A stretch of 64,000 nt of DNA from Podarcis muralis (taxonomy: Eukaryota), in contig NC_135664.1 in assembly GCF_964188315.1 (NCBI RefSeq), positions 45,322,001 through 45,386,000 on the forward strand. Reading direction: 5' to 3'. The notes beneath the pieces are model-generated. The model made no database searches and had not been told where the DNA came from. It saw only the letters and a list, made by a program, of their open reading frames with translations. The translations under genes and the position numbers were made by a program. Positions 13,401-24,266 of this stretch are shown here, piece by piece. Numbering within the stretch: the first letter of the stretch is position 1; the number at the start of each line of letters is the position of its first letter.

Positions 13401-14990
13401 CAAACCCATATTTCTTCATCACACGAAAATGGTAATGCACTTCATCCTATCAAAAGCTTTTCCAACATCTGTCCAAATACTAGTGGATGCTAATTCCTAC
13501 CATTTACTGTAATCTGATACCATTATTTTGTTCATTATCATTTTGCACCCCTGCTTTAATTAATGCTTGTTAGTAGCATGTTGACAATTATCTTTTTTAA
13601 TGAATGGAATTGTCCTAATTTTCTTTCTGAAGTTATTTGTAATAGGTTTTCCTGCCTCTAATAATTTTTCATAAATCACTTTTAACTTTTGTTTGCCTAT
13701 GTTCGTGTTTTAATCTTGCTGTCTTGGTTTTTAGCTTGTGTTCCTCTTCTTTTTTCTTTAAGAATACCAGGTTTTAAAGATATGCTGAAGTGATTGATTC
13801 AGATAAGCACCTTAGTGGGGATGCTCCATAACTCGGATGTGGTAGTCACACAAAACACACACTTCAAATGGCTGTTTCCTTTTAATGCCCAGACAAACTC
13901 ATGAAGGTACCTGGGGCAAATTTCTGATTGTTTCTTTCATGAATTCCTCAGTCACATGCATTAGCTTCAGGAATGTATTGTCACTGTATTCAAAGCGGTC
14001 ACCAAATGCTAGAGTGCAGAAGATATTACTAACAGCCCTGTAGATGAGGATTTGTGGGTCAAAAGGAGAACCTGGATGAGATGTAAGAACAAGGAGCAGA
14101 TCAGAAGTATGTTGTCATATATTGCCCATTCTTCATTAAACAGCCATTGTTGGGGTTGGCCTTCCATAACTTGCTATCTCCGGGTATTTTTGGCTTCAAT
14201 TCCCATTAGCCATAGCCAGGATATGGGAATGTTGAAAGCTGTACTCCACCACCTATAAACTATTCACCCTTTCAATAAATGGGACTGTAAATTCCTGAGA
14301 TCCTTTGCTACATAACATGGATGTTGTTGTTGGCATTGTCTGTCTCGTGTGTGCCTCCAGGGGTGAAGTCAAACCACTGTGTTAATCGCACTGAAGCTAC
14401 CTCCCTGGAGCAGAATCCGGAGCAGTTTGCATGGAGATCCTGGGCTGCCCAGACGACAAAACTCACCTCTCGGCGTCACTGATGTGAAGGAAAGCAGAGC
14501 AATACATTTGGCACCAGCCGGGCTGCAGTAGTTACCAGAAGGAGGCGTACAAAGCACCATCCAGCCATCTTAGCGGCTCCACAGGAAAAAGCAAGGGAAT
14601 GAGACAGGAATCCAATATCTCTATTAAGAGACAGACTTGAAAGAGAAGTTGCTGAATTACAACCTATCATTAAACTGAAAACTATGGCGAGGCCTGGTCT
14701 TAATAGAGATATTGGATTCCTGTCTCATTACATATGCTAATCATCTGCATACTATCCCTTGCTTTTTCCTGTAGGACTAATTGCAGTCGTTAACAGTTGT
14801 CCAAAGGTGTACCATACCCATTGAGTCAATCATCCATCTCCTACTACCCTCCTGAGAAAAACCCCACCCCACCATCCCACTATATGTAAGGGTCTGGTGA
14901 CTTCTGCTTCAGTGTATCAGAAGAAGTGTGCATGCACATGAAAGCTTATACCAAGAACAATTTAGTTGGTCTCTAAGGTGCTACAGGACA

Positions 14991-15030
<40 letters not shown>

Positions 15031-18000
15031 CTTCTTGACTGTTGGACCCACTATTGGTCTCATCCATTCAGTCTGCCAGAGCCTGTCTTTGCATGCAATG
15101 AAAGCCCCTAACTTACCAAGAGTGAAAGACCCATTGGCTACCCTCACCTTGCTTAGCCACCCATTTGAAGCCATTCCTGGGCTGCGGCCGCTATCGCATG
15201 CTGACAGCTTCTAGGAGCCACACACGGCAGCTGAGTTTTCCCCAGCAGAGGCACTACTCCTCTTAAAGTTGAATAATAGAAGTAGGACATTGCGGGGGGA
15301 CTGGGACAGAGGGGCTGACTGGCTAAAATGAGCAACTTCATATCTCTCAACCACCAACCTCTCCCACATTCTTCCAGTCCTTTCTCATGACAGCAAGATC
15401 TGAGGAGGACCTGAAAGGGAACTATCTGTGCTGCTGCCAGTACTGCTACATGGAAAAAAAATTGAGGTCCCTCAGATTCTGGACTCCAGAACACCTGGTT
15501 ATAGTGCTTACATTATTTTGCATACTGGATGAGCTAAAGGGTTACAGAGATGTCCTGAAATGTCCACACTTCATGCTTGGAGCACCAATTCCTTTGCTAC
15601 CACACAAGTAATTTAGGTTTGCATTCAGTGCATCTCCAAAGAGGATTCTAGTCCATGAAAGCTTATGCCATAATAATTTTTGCATTCTTTATAGTGCCAC
15701 AAGATTATTAGTAATCATTTTACATGCTTCAAAAATTAAATACAGTGGAACCTCGGGTTACGTACCATCCTCCTTACAAACACTTTGGGTAATGAGCGCT
15801 GCTAACCCAGAAGTAGGTGTTCTGGGTAGCGAACTTTGCCCCGGGATGCGAGCGGAAGTTGCATGCTGGCAGTGCTGCGGCAGCAGGAGGCCCCATTAGC
15901 AAAAGTGCGCCTCAGGTTAAGAACAGTTTCGGGTTAAGAATGGACCTCCGGAACAAATTAAGTTCGTAAACGGAGGTACCACTGTATGAGAAGCTTTGGT
16001 GATGGGAGTTAGTTTCTGTATAAAGTATAGAGTGCTCCTCATGCTTTGCATCAAGTGAGATCCCATAGCAGGGAAAAAGTCCCCAGGAATGAGATGTACC
16101 TTCTTTGGATTTGAACTCAGAACACAAATATCCAGCTTCTTCAGACACTCTTTTTTCAAGCGTTTTCTTCCCCATCCCAAAATTCTTGAGGGTGGAGACA
16201 ATGAATCGCCTCTGCTCCCTCCAGCCATTGTCACATGTTGCAAAGCCTATTCCNNNNNNNNNNNNNNNNNNNNNNNNNNNNNNNNNNNNNNNNNNNNNNN
16301 NNNNNNNNNNNNNNNNNNNNNNNNNNNNNNNNNNNNNNNNNNNNNNNNNNNNNNNNNNNNNNNNNNNNNNNNNNNNNNNNNNNNNNNNNNNNNNNNNNNN
16401 NNNNNNNNNNNNNNNNNNNNNNNNNNNNNNNNNNTGTCCAAGGAAACATTCCAAAGTTAATTCTTTGCTTTGCTTAATTTGTTGTTGTTTTTACAAGTGT
16501 AGAATGGTAGAGTCCCCATTAAACTGCTGGCCCATTTTTCTGGCCTTCGGACTCCATTGACAACTGCAGAGACTAAACAATGTCTGTTAACTTTCCACTG
16601 GGCTGCCTTCCATCTTATGCTGACACACAACCAGCAGACGATAGCTGTCCTGTGGAACAGTATGGCTGACTTTGCAAATAAACCCACAAACACTTCTAGT
16701 CTACCTTCCTGTCCCTACTTAGTCGTTTACAGGCAAGTTTAAGAAGAAGAAGTTTCTCAAAAAGCTCCTGCCACGTCACATGAATATGCATCTTCTCCCA
16801 GGCAACAGAGTCACTTACCACCTGAGGTACCATCCTGGGCCACTTGCAGGCCTGCTCACTTCCTGCCTGTTTCTCCAACTCTACTGCTTCTTATCCAGCC
16901 CATCAGGGTATCAGCTATACTCACCTCCACAATTCTTTCCACGGTTTAGTAGACTGAACAATGGAACTTCTGGTCGGTCAACAAAGTTCTCAGGGTTTTG
17001 TCCCAGGGCCTCCTTTATCGTCTTGAACCCACTCAGGATGACCATATTTCGCCATCCAAACTGCAGAGAGATGACTGGTCCAAACTTTTTTTCCAGCTTT
17101 GATCAATAGGAAGGAAAGGGAGAAAATTATCCAGGGGGAAAGGACAGTAAAAGTAGGGAGGGTATAATGTTGCAGCACAATATATATGGGAAATTCCAGA
17201 AAGCACAGACATATTTTAGGCTTGAGGTGTTTAATAAAAAATGTTTAACCATTTCCCCAGAATATATATACAGAAAGGCTAGTTTTCTCAGGGTAGAGAG
17301 GAGCACTCAAGCAAAAATGAACATTTCAATGAAAATTAGAGATACCAAACTACAAAACCATTTAGCCCTAGCTGAGGTATATTCCACACTTTGGACAAAC
17401 AAAATGGCTCCAGCACTTCCCAATTATTTGTCAAACCTGGTCACCCCCAAGTTTAGAAAGGCATTTACGCAAGCCAAATTCAATGTCTTGCCATCCGCAC
17501 TATTGGAAGGCAGATACAAAAGGATTCCCCATGGCGAGAGGTTCTGCCCATGTAAGAGCGGTCACGTTGAAACTGGGCCATGTTCTTTTCCACTGCAGAC
17601 TTTATTGTGCAATAGCCATAAGTCAACAAAAGCAAAAGATTATACAGCTCCACAAACAGTCATATATTGACACAGCTCACAGTCAAATTCTTTTATTTAT
17701 TTTTTTAAAAAAACTTGTAATGGAGTTTATATTTCCTCGGATACATATTTTAAATTTATTTAATTAGTATATGGATTGTTAAATTCCACTTGGATTGTTT
17801 TAATGTTTATGTAAAAATGATGCTGAAATTTTGGTTTTACTATGCTGGCTGTTTGGCCATAATAATAAACATTCACTTCTCCACAGAGGAAGAGATGGTG
17901 TGGGAAGGGATCAGGGCCTCCACAAACTCTGATGAGAGATCAGCCCTATCAGGTTATTCTACCCATGAACTTTCACCTGACAACAGCAGAGGGAAGAGAC

Positions 18001-19727
18001 TAGACCCTCCTCTCCTGAATCTTATTCTGTTCCAGGTGGGGCTTGCGTCTGCCAGGCAGACTCTGTGGGCAGCTCACCGTGCCACCCCCTGGGCGGATTG
18101 CCGTGCCGACCCCGTGCGCGGATGACTGTGGTGCCCCCATGCTGCTTCAGGTGCCGGAGTAGCTAGCTAAGCCCCTGGTGCTAGCAAAGCCCTTCGCTTC
18201 CACCTCTGCCCTCTTTGCATTGCTCTGGGCAGGGAGGAGGTGGAGTGCCTCACTTGGTAGCTTGGAGGCGGCAGGGGTGGGCAGGGGTGGTCAGACACTG
18301 GGGTTGCTGTTGTGCACGCTACAGACTCCTTCCTTTTGGTTGAGGAGGAGTGAAAATGCATAATGTAAACAAAGAAACCCTTGGGGACTTTTAAAAATGG
18401 TTCATAAAAAGACCAATGTAACAATGCAATGCCAAATTTAAATGAAAAGCTTTCCTTATTACCGTAATCCTAATTTAAAAAAAAAAATATTGCCAATCTT
18501 TCAATGTTGGTACTTCTTCTGATTTCCAATTTTTTGCAATCAATAACCTTGTGACAGCTGTTGCATATAAAAAGATTCTCTTCATGTCGTTTGGGATGTC
18601 ATTTGTTATAATTCCTAAAAGGAATGTTTCTGTCTTCTTACCAATTGTTGTTTTAAACATTTTTTTTTCAGTTCCTCATGTATATTTCCCCAATTTATTA
18701 AAATTTTATCACATCCCCACCATACATGGTATAAGGATCTCTCTGATACCTTACATCTCCAACACAGATTCGAAGTTAGTTTATAAATTTTAGCCAGTTT
18801 TACAGGGATTAAGTACCACCTGTAAAACATCTTCATAATATTTTCTTTGATAGTAATGCATGCGGTGAAACTAATATCTGATTTCCAAAGTTTTCCCAAT
18901 GATCTAATGAAATCGCGTATCTAAAATCCTGTCCCACTTGATCATTACTTCTTTAATTTGTTCATTTTTGAGTTCCCATTCAAGTAATAAATTATACATT
19001 TTTGATAGATATTTTTTGGGATTGTTCAAAAGTTCTATCTGGAATCTGGATTCTTCTTTTTGGAAACCTATTTTATTGTCAGAGTTAAATTTGTCATATA
19101 ATTGATGATATTGTAGCCAGGTGGTACAAAACTGTTTAAGTTCTTCATATGGTTTCAATTGTAATTGGCCTTGCTCTTCCCTTGAAATGCTGTTTGTATG
19201 TTACCCCTAGTTTTTCCATATTTTTCTTTTTTATTGAAATCATTTCAAGTGGAGCTGCCCACCAGGGGGTCGTTGGTTTGCCAATCTGCATCAATTTAAT
19301 GAGAACAAAAACTGTAGCTGAATATTGTGCAATATTATGGAAGGGGTCGGCATTCTAGTACAGCCACTACCTGCCCTGTAGCCTTAGGCTGAAGAACAGG
19401 TAATAACTAGCTGGCTAACTAATTAAATAATACTAAGAGCTTGGCTAATGCAATCATTCAGTAACATGCAGTGTCCTCAGAGATGGTGCAGCCAGTACTT
19501 ACATCTTGAACAGTTTTATGTGGGTTCTTTACATCTAGCAGTAGCAAGTTCCCAATGAAAGGCAGAGGGGTGGGTCCTGGTGGCCAGCGGCTGCTTCTCT
19601 TCCTCCGCTTGACGTAATCAAGCAGCAGAGCAAGTAGTACGAGAGACAAGGCCAGAGCTGGGAGGTTGTTGTGGCAGCAGGAGAGTTGGCTCCCCAGCCA
19701 AGAGATGGAAGCTGCGATCCCAGCCAT
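7408..19727 (-). CDS. CYP2D: Cytochrome P450 CYP2D-like (CYP-B), 9 exons, 511 aa: 19727-19503, 17096-16925, 16252-16100, 14071-13911, 12838-12665, 12102-11961, 10996-10809, 9756-9615, 7586-7408
   Basis: Exon sizes 225/172/153/161/174/142/188/142/179 sum to 1536 nt in frame with GT-AG junctions. Motifs: [40 protein letters not shown]. The exon 3 acceptor is hidden by the N gap. The ORF track start at 19751 is a TTG; the first ATG is 19727. Confidence 0.93.
8340..8520 (-). mobile_element. L2 LINE ORF2 fragment
   Basis: Minus strand encodes [12 protein letters not shown], a variant of the L2 RLDYCNAL motif. Limits approximate. Confidence 0.55.
11346..11463 (+). mobile_element. tRNA-derived SINE with CR1-like tail (Squam2-like), internally deleted
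   Basis: TAGCTCAGTTGATAGAGCAT head and ...GGGGGTTGAATCAGATGAGCC...ATTCTATGA tail. Confidence 0.6.
14375..14580. mobile_element. Interspersed lacertid repeat fragment (possibly RTE 5' region)
   Basis: CpG-richer block absent from the paralogous CYP-C intron; family assignment from memory only. Confidence 0.35.
14992..15027. repeat. (CA)n microsatellite
   Basis: Direct reading. Confidence 0.97.
15743..15984. mobile_element. Tigger-like MITE, TA TSD, with the empty site visible in CYP-C at 33621
   Basis: TA|CAGTGGAACCTC...GAGGTACCACTG|TA; the paralogue reads AAA-TA-TGAGAAG with no insert. Confidence 0.9.
16254..16434. other. Assembly gap (181 N) in CYP-B intron 2
   Basis: Run of N directly abutting exon 3. 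Confidence 1.
17285..17765 (+). mobile_element. 3' end of a non-LTR retrotransposon (RTE-X-like) with C-terminal Cys motif
   Basis: Encodes [20 protein letters not shown]...ERFCPC...VET, followed by a T/A-rich tail. Confidence 0.55.
18478..19250 (-). mobile_element. L1-clade LINE 3' fragment
   Basis: Encodes KMFYRWYL...CWRC...YHVWWGC (L1 ORF2 Cys-rich C-terminus); disrupted. Confidence 0.8.
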
Positions 19728-20067
19728 TCCCTCCGCTTTCTCTCTCCCCAACTCTTGCTCTGCAGACTGGCGGTGTTCTTGCCTCTGCTGGTTTCTCTAA
19801 TTCTCGTTTGTTCTCTTTTATTTATTCTCTGCTTTGAATCACTGTAGGAACATGATGTGCCACTATTAATAGGGTTATCTTAAAAGGTATACAAGGGCTT
19901 TAATACTGTAAATGAGCAATTGCACAAGGACTGAAAGTCGAGTGTACAAGTGAAAAGTTCAGCTAATTGAATTGAACCTTCGTAGATCAGATAAGGAAGG
20001 CCTTCACATGATAGGAATTGAATTTAGGTAAGTTCTCTTTTATTCTCTGCTTCGAATAACTGTAGGA

Positions 20068-20232
20068 GAAGGGGATCACAGAGGACGAGATGTTGGACAG
20101 TGTTCTCGAAGCTACAACCATGAGTTTGACCAAACTGCGGGAGGCAGTGGAAGACAGGAGTGCCTGGCGTGCTCTGGTCCAGGGGGTCACGAAGAGTCGG
20201 ACACGACTAAAGGACTAAACAACAACAACAAT
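20068..20232 (+). mobile_element. Bov-B/RTE 3' end fragment with (CAA)n tail
   Basis: Reverse-complement match to the 52413-53201 element; ends GTCGGACACGACTAAAGGACTAAACAACAACAACA. Confidence 0.88.
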
Positions 20233-21133
20233 AAAAATGATGGTATCTTACACCATCTAAACTTGCCAATCTTTGTTGGAAGTGTTCTGAGGCCGAAGAC
20301 TCTCTGATCCACATGTGGTGGCAATGTAAACACTCCAAAAAGCATTGGGACACAGTATATGAGGATTTTTTTTTAAATGTTCAAATTTACATTCTCTAAG
20401 AAACCCAAAGCCTTTCTACGGACCATAGTAGGAGAGGAAATGCCTAAGAAGGCTCAGAATCTGTTTTATATGCAACAGCAGCTGCAAGAATTGTATATGC
20501 AAGGACTTGGAAGAAGGAAAGCATACCAACAAAAGAACAGCGGCTACTCAAACTCATAGAGTTCGTGGAAGGATCTTCTTGAAAGGAAAATCCCTCATTG
20601 AAGCAATGGCTATAAAGAAAATAAATACGAGGAATAATTGGAGTATATATAAAGAGCTTATAGAATTTGACGAAGGAAAAGTGGTACTCAGGAAAAGAGA
20701 AGATCTGCAGGAATGGATTATGGGCTGGTTTCAACACCATTAGCTACACAAGAGGTTCAAAGAAGATAAACTGAAAGGATTATTAGAAGAAGGGTCGGAA
20801 TTCAAAAAAGCCCTACTGGGAAGCAAAGAGAAACTAATATCAAAATGTATAAAATTATCCTAGAGTGGGAAACAAAGGATGAATTGATGAAAGCAATGAC
20901 ACACTGGGCAATCAACATAGGTCATAATATTGAGATGACCCTGTGGGAAAGGAAAACAACCATGAACTTATTGGTGTGTTATACCCTAAAGGAAAATTTA
21001 TTTAGTTAGGAAACATTATTTATTTAGGATGCTATATAGATGGTATCTAACCCTCAGCAAACTCTGTACAAAAAAGGATCAAATCTTTGCTGAAAGTGCC
21101 AAGAGATAGAAAACATCTTTTCTCATGTGTGAT

Positions 21134-21526
21134 GGTAAAAGGTAAGGGTAAAGGTAAAGGACCCCTGGACAGTTAAGTCCAGTCAAAGGTGACTATGGGG
21201 TGCAGCGCTAATTTTGCTTTCAGGCTGAGGGAGCCGGCGTTTGTCCACAGACAGCTTTCCGGGTCATGTGGCCAGTATGACTAAGCCGCTTCTGGCACAA
21301 CAGAACACTGTGACGGAAACCAGAGCGCACGGAAATGCCGTTTGCCTTCCCGTCGCAGTGGTACCTATTAATCTACTTGCACTGGTGTGCTTTTGAACTG
21401 CTAGTTTGGTAGAAACTGGGATGGAGCAACAGGAGCTCACCACTGTCAAGCGGATTCGAACTGCCGACCTTCTGATCGGCAAGCCCAAGAGGCTCAGTGG
21501 TTTAGACTACAATGCCACCTAGTCCC
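21134..21526 (-). mobile_element. Sauria SINE
   Basis: Reverse complement of the GGGAC..GGTGGC head and the (TTTACC)n tail; matches the other three copies. Confidence 0.9.
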
Positions 21527-21550
21527 TTATGTGGTGGAAGTGTAAGTTGG

Positions 21551-21610
21551 CAAAACAACAGCAGCAGCAGCAGCAACAACAACAACAGCAACAACAACAA
21601 CAACAACAAC
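21551..21610. repeat. Interrupted (CAG/CAA)n microsatellite
   Basis: Direct reading. Confidence 0.95.
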
Positions 21611-22470
21611 GAAAACACACCCTACTGGGAAACGGTTTATGAAGAACTAAAAAAAGATGCTCAAAATAACTTTCCCCAAAAGACCAGAAGCCTTCTTACT
21701 AGGAATAACGAACGGTGATATTCCTAAGAAGGTACTCAATCTCTTCCTTTATGCCACTACAGCTGCAAGGATACTATATGCACAAAAGAGGAAAGAACAA
21801 ACAATCCCATCAACAGAGGAATGGCAAAATTGACAGAGTACTTAGAATTAGCCAGCAAGACAAGAAAAATTAGAGACCTACTTTTGAACGTGTGTGTTTT
21901 CTCCTTGCTTTGAAGGCAAAGTGAGGGAACGGGGAAATGCTCTCGCAGTGCAGAAAAGCTGTTTTGCTGTCTTGGGAAGTCTGGAGGAGGAGACAAAGTT
22001 GGGCGTGGAGTTGGAAGCAGAGTTTGGGAATTAGAAGATATGTCTGCACAGAAGCTAATCCCACAGAATTGCTGCGTTAAAGAAATGACAGAGCAGCTGA
22101 AGTGGGAGGGGGGCGGGGATTGTGTATAGCAGTGCTTACATTGCTTACAGTGCTAACCTAACTGTGCCTCCTCTGAAGTAAATCCACTGAGTTCAATGGG
22201 ATTTATTCCCAGCAATTTAAGGGTTCTGTGGCCATAAAGAAAACAGCTCTTGCCCTGAAGTAAATCGCACTGTTCAGTCGAGATTGCTCCTGAATGAGCA
22301 TAGAATTGCACCCTTAAATAAATAATCTGATTGCCGTCCTTTAATGACTAGAAATTTTATCAATAAGTATTACAGTATCTATAATAAATGTGTTAAGTCT
22401 CATGTTAATGTGTCATGGGACTCTGGTTGTTTTCTGCTATAGTGTAACACTGCTCCCTTTCAGGATAATA

Positions 22471-22750
22471 CAGTGGTACCTCAGGTTACATACGCTTCAG
22501 GTTACATACTTAACCCGAGGTACCACTGTACTTAATTCGTTCCAGAGGTCCATTCTTAACCTGAAACTGTTCTTAACCTGAAGCACCACTTTAGCTAAAG
22601 GGGCATCCCGCTGCTGCTGCGCCGCCGGAGCACGATTTCTGTTCTCCTCCTGAAGAAAAGTTCTTAAGCCGAGGTACTATTTCTGGGTTAGCTGAGTCTG
22701 TAACCTGAAGTGTATGTAACCTGAAGTGTATGTAACCCGAGGTACCACTG
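22471..22750. mobile_element. Tigger-like MITE, rearranged, with three termini
   Basis: TA|CAGTGGTACC at 22471, an internal GGTACCACTG|TA at 22528 and a terminal GGTACCACTG|TA at 22750. Confidence 0.88.
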
Positions 22751-22974
22751 TAATAGGGTTTACATCCAAAGATGGGAGCGCTGGATTTTATCTGTTTATT
22801 TATGTGGTATGCTATAATTCAGAGCCAAAGAACAGCCTATTGGAATATGAGTAAATATTTCTACATGTGCCTTGTGATCTTCAATAAATTGATGTATGAG
22901 TGCTTGTAGAGTTTTGTTGAATACTATCCAGATTCAGAGAAAAGTCTCAGGACGGAACACTGTTCTAATTGAGA

Positions 22975-23575
22975 CAAGATTGAGGTTTACTGCGTGCTAC
23001 ACACTGAGAGAGAATTTTATGAAGATGCTATATAGGTAGTATTTAACACCATCAAAACTAGCAAAAATGTATAGGAACACCTCAAAATGTTGTTGGAGAT
23101 GTGGAGAGGCAGAAGGCACGATGCTACATATGTGGTGGAACTGTAGAAAAGTAAAGGAATTTTGGGAAACAGTTTACAACGAACTCAAAAAGATATTCAA
23201 GATTTCCTTTGCAAAAACAAACAAACCTGAAGCCTTCCTTTTAGGCATAACAGACATGGATATACCAAAAAAGGTGAGGAAGTTATTTCTCTATGCCACT
23301 GGGGCAGCAAGAATTCTAATAGCTAGAAACTGGAAAGGAGATGTAACACTGACTAAACTGGAGTTTGCGGAATTAGCAAAAATGATGGAAAATTAAGAGA
23401 CTGGACTGAACAAACATTTATGAGGGAACGGGACATGTATACAAAGTATCTCAGAGAGCACTGCAAAAATCTGAACTTGTTGGCAGGCATGGAGTGACTT
23501 CTGTAGGAAAGTAGAAAATTAAGAGAACTAAGATGTATTATTATTCATAAAGATAAGTGCGACAAACCAAAAAGT
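22975..23575 (+). mobile_element. L1-clade LINE 3' fragment
   Basis: ORF 23067-23396 CCWRCGEAEGTMLHMWWNC...PEAFLLG...LFLYATGAAR. Confidence 0.85.
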
Positions 23576-23702
23576 ACTAAGGAACCATGATGGGGTGATG
23601 GGAAGTCGCCATAGAAGATATGTATTATGAAACTATTGTATCTTTCTGTAATGTGTTAAAGTGTTTTTGCTGACTGATTGTTTTCTTTTTGGAATCAATA
23701 AA

Positions 23703-23704
<2 letters not shown>

Positions 23705-23751
<47 letters not shown>
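23705..23751. repeat. (CT)n(AT)n compound microsatellite
   Basis: Direct reading. Confidence 0.97.
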
Positions 23752-23888
23752 GTGAGAGATTTTCTGCAATCAAAAGAACAAAATTCACCTGGCTTTTAAA
23801 TCTGCTGAAGACAGGAAAGTGAATGCACGCTGGCCTTAACCAAGTTGTAGTAACAAAGGCGGGAAAGCACAGAGTCATTCTTGGTATG

Positions 23889-24266
23889 TGTCAGGTATGA
23901 GCTGTGAATGCTAGCTGAGATAAGAGTCCAGGAATCCAGCCATATTTACAGAGTTTAATTGGTAGCTTCAAAGTATTTACAGGAGTTCAAAGAACGACAC
24001 CATCACGATCAGTCAGTTGCCTCGAATGGCTCTTTCCACTTCTTCCCCCAGCAGATCCACCTCCTAAGCCAGCCCCTCTTCTTCCTCTGCTCCGAGAGTG
24101 GCTGGTTCCCGGAAATGGCCCTCCCCTCTCAGATTCATTGCCTCCCGACAGCCCTTTGTCTCCTTCCTCGTCAGAAGAAGAGCAACTGCTAATTAAAGGC
24201 ACATGATCTCTGTAAGCGCCCATTCTCTCCCCCCTCTCCTCCTTCTCTGCCTCCAATTCCCTGACA
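23889..24266 (-). mobile_element. Solo LTR (378 bp), 5-bp TSD GTATG
   Basis: TGTCAGG...CCTGACA perfect 7-bp terminal inverted repeats; GTATG at 23884-23888 and 24267-24271; minus strand carries a TGTAAATA TATA-like box then ATTAAA. Confidence 0.88.

Larger units (their letters stand above)
20233..21880 (+). mobile_element. L1-clade LINE 3' fragment(s), interrupted by a Sauria SINE and a CAG/CAA microsatellite
   Basis: Recurrent MLYRWYLT, PEAFLLG and LFLYATTAAR-type coding remnants. Limits approximate. Confidence 0.75.

Noticed and set aside
15912-16560. ORFs containing long X runs
   Set aside because: Artefacts of translating through the N gap; only the CYP-B exon 3 part is real.
19800-19990. 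HNF4- or nuclear-receptor-like half sites in the CYP-B/C promoter
   Set aside because: Only weak partial matches (CAAAG core, isolated AGTTCA) without canonical spacing; not supportable.
21551-21610. CAG/CAA tract as a possible polyglutamine exon
   Set aside because: It lies inside an L1 remnant with no splice sites or coding context.
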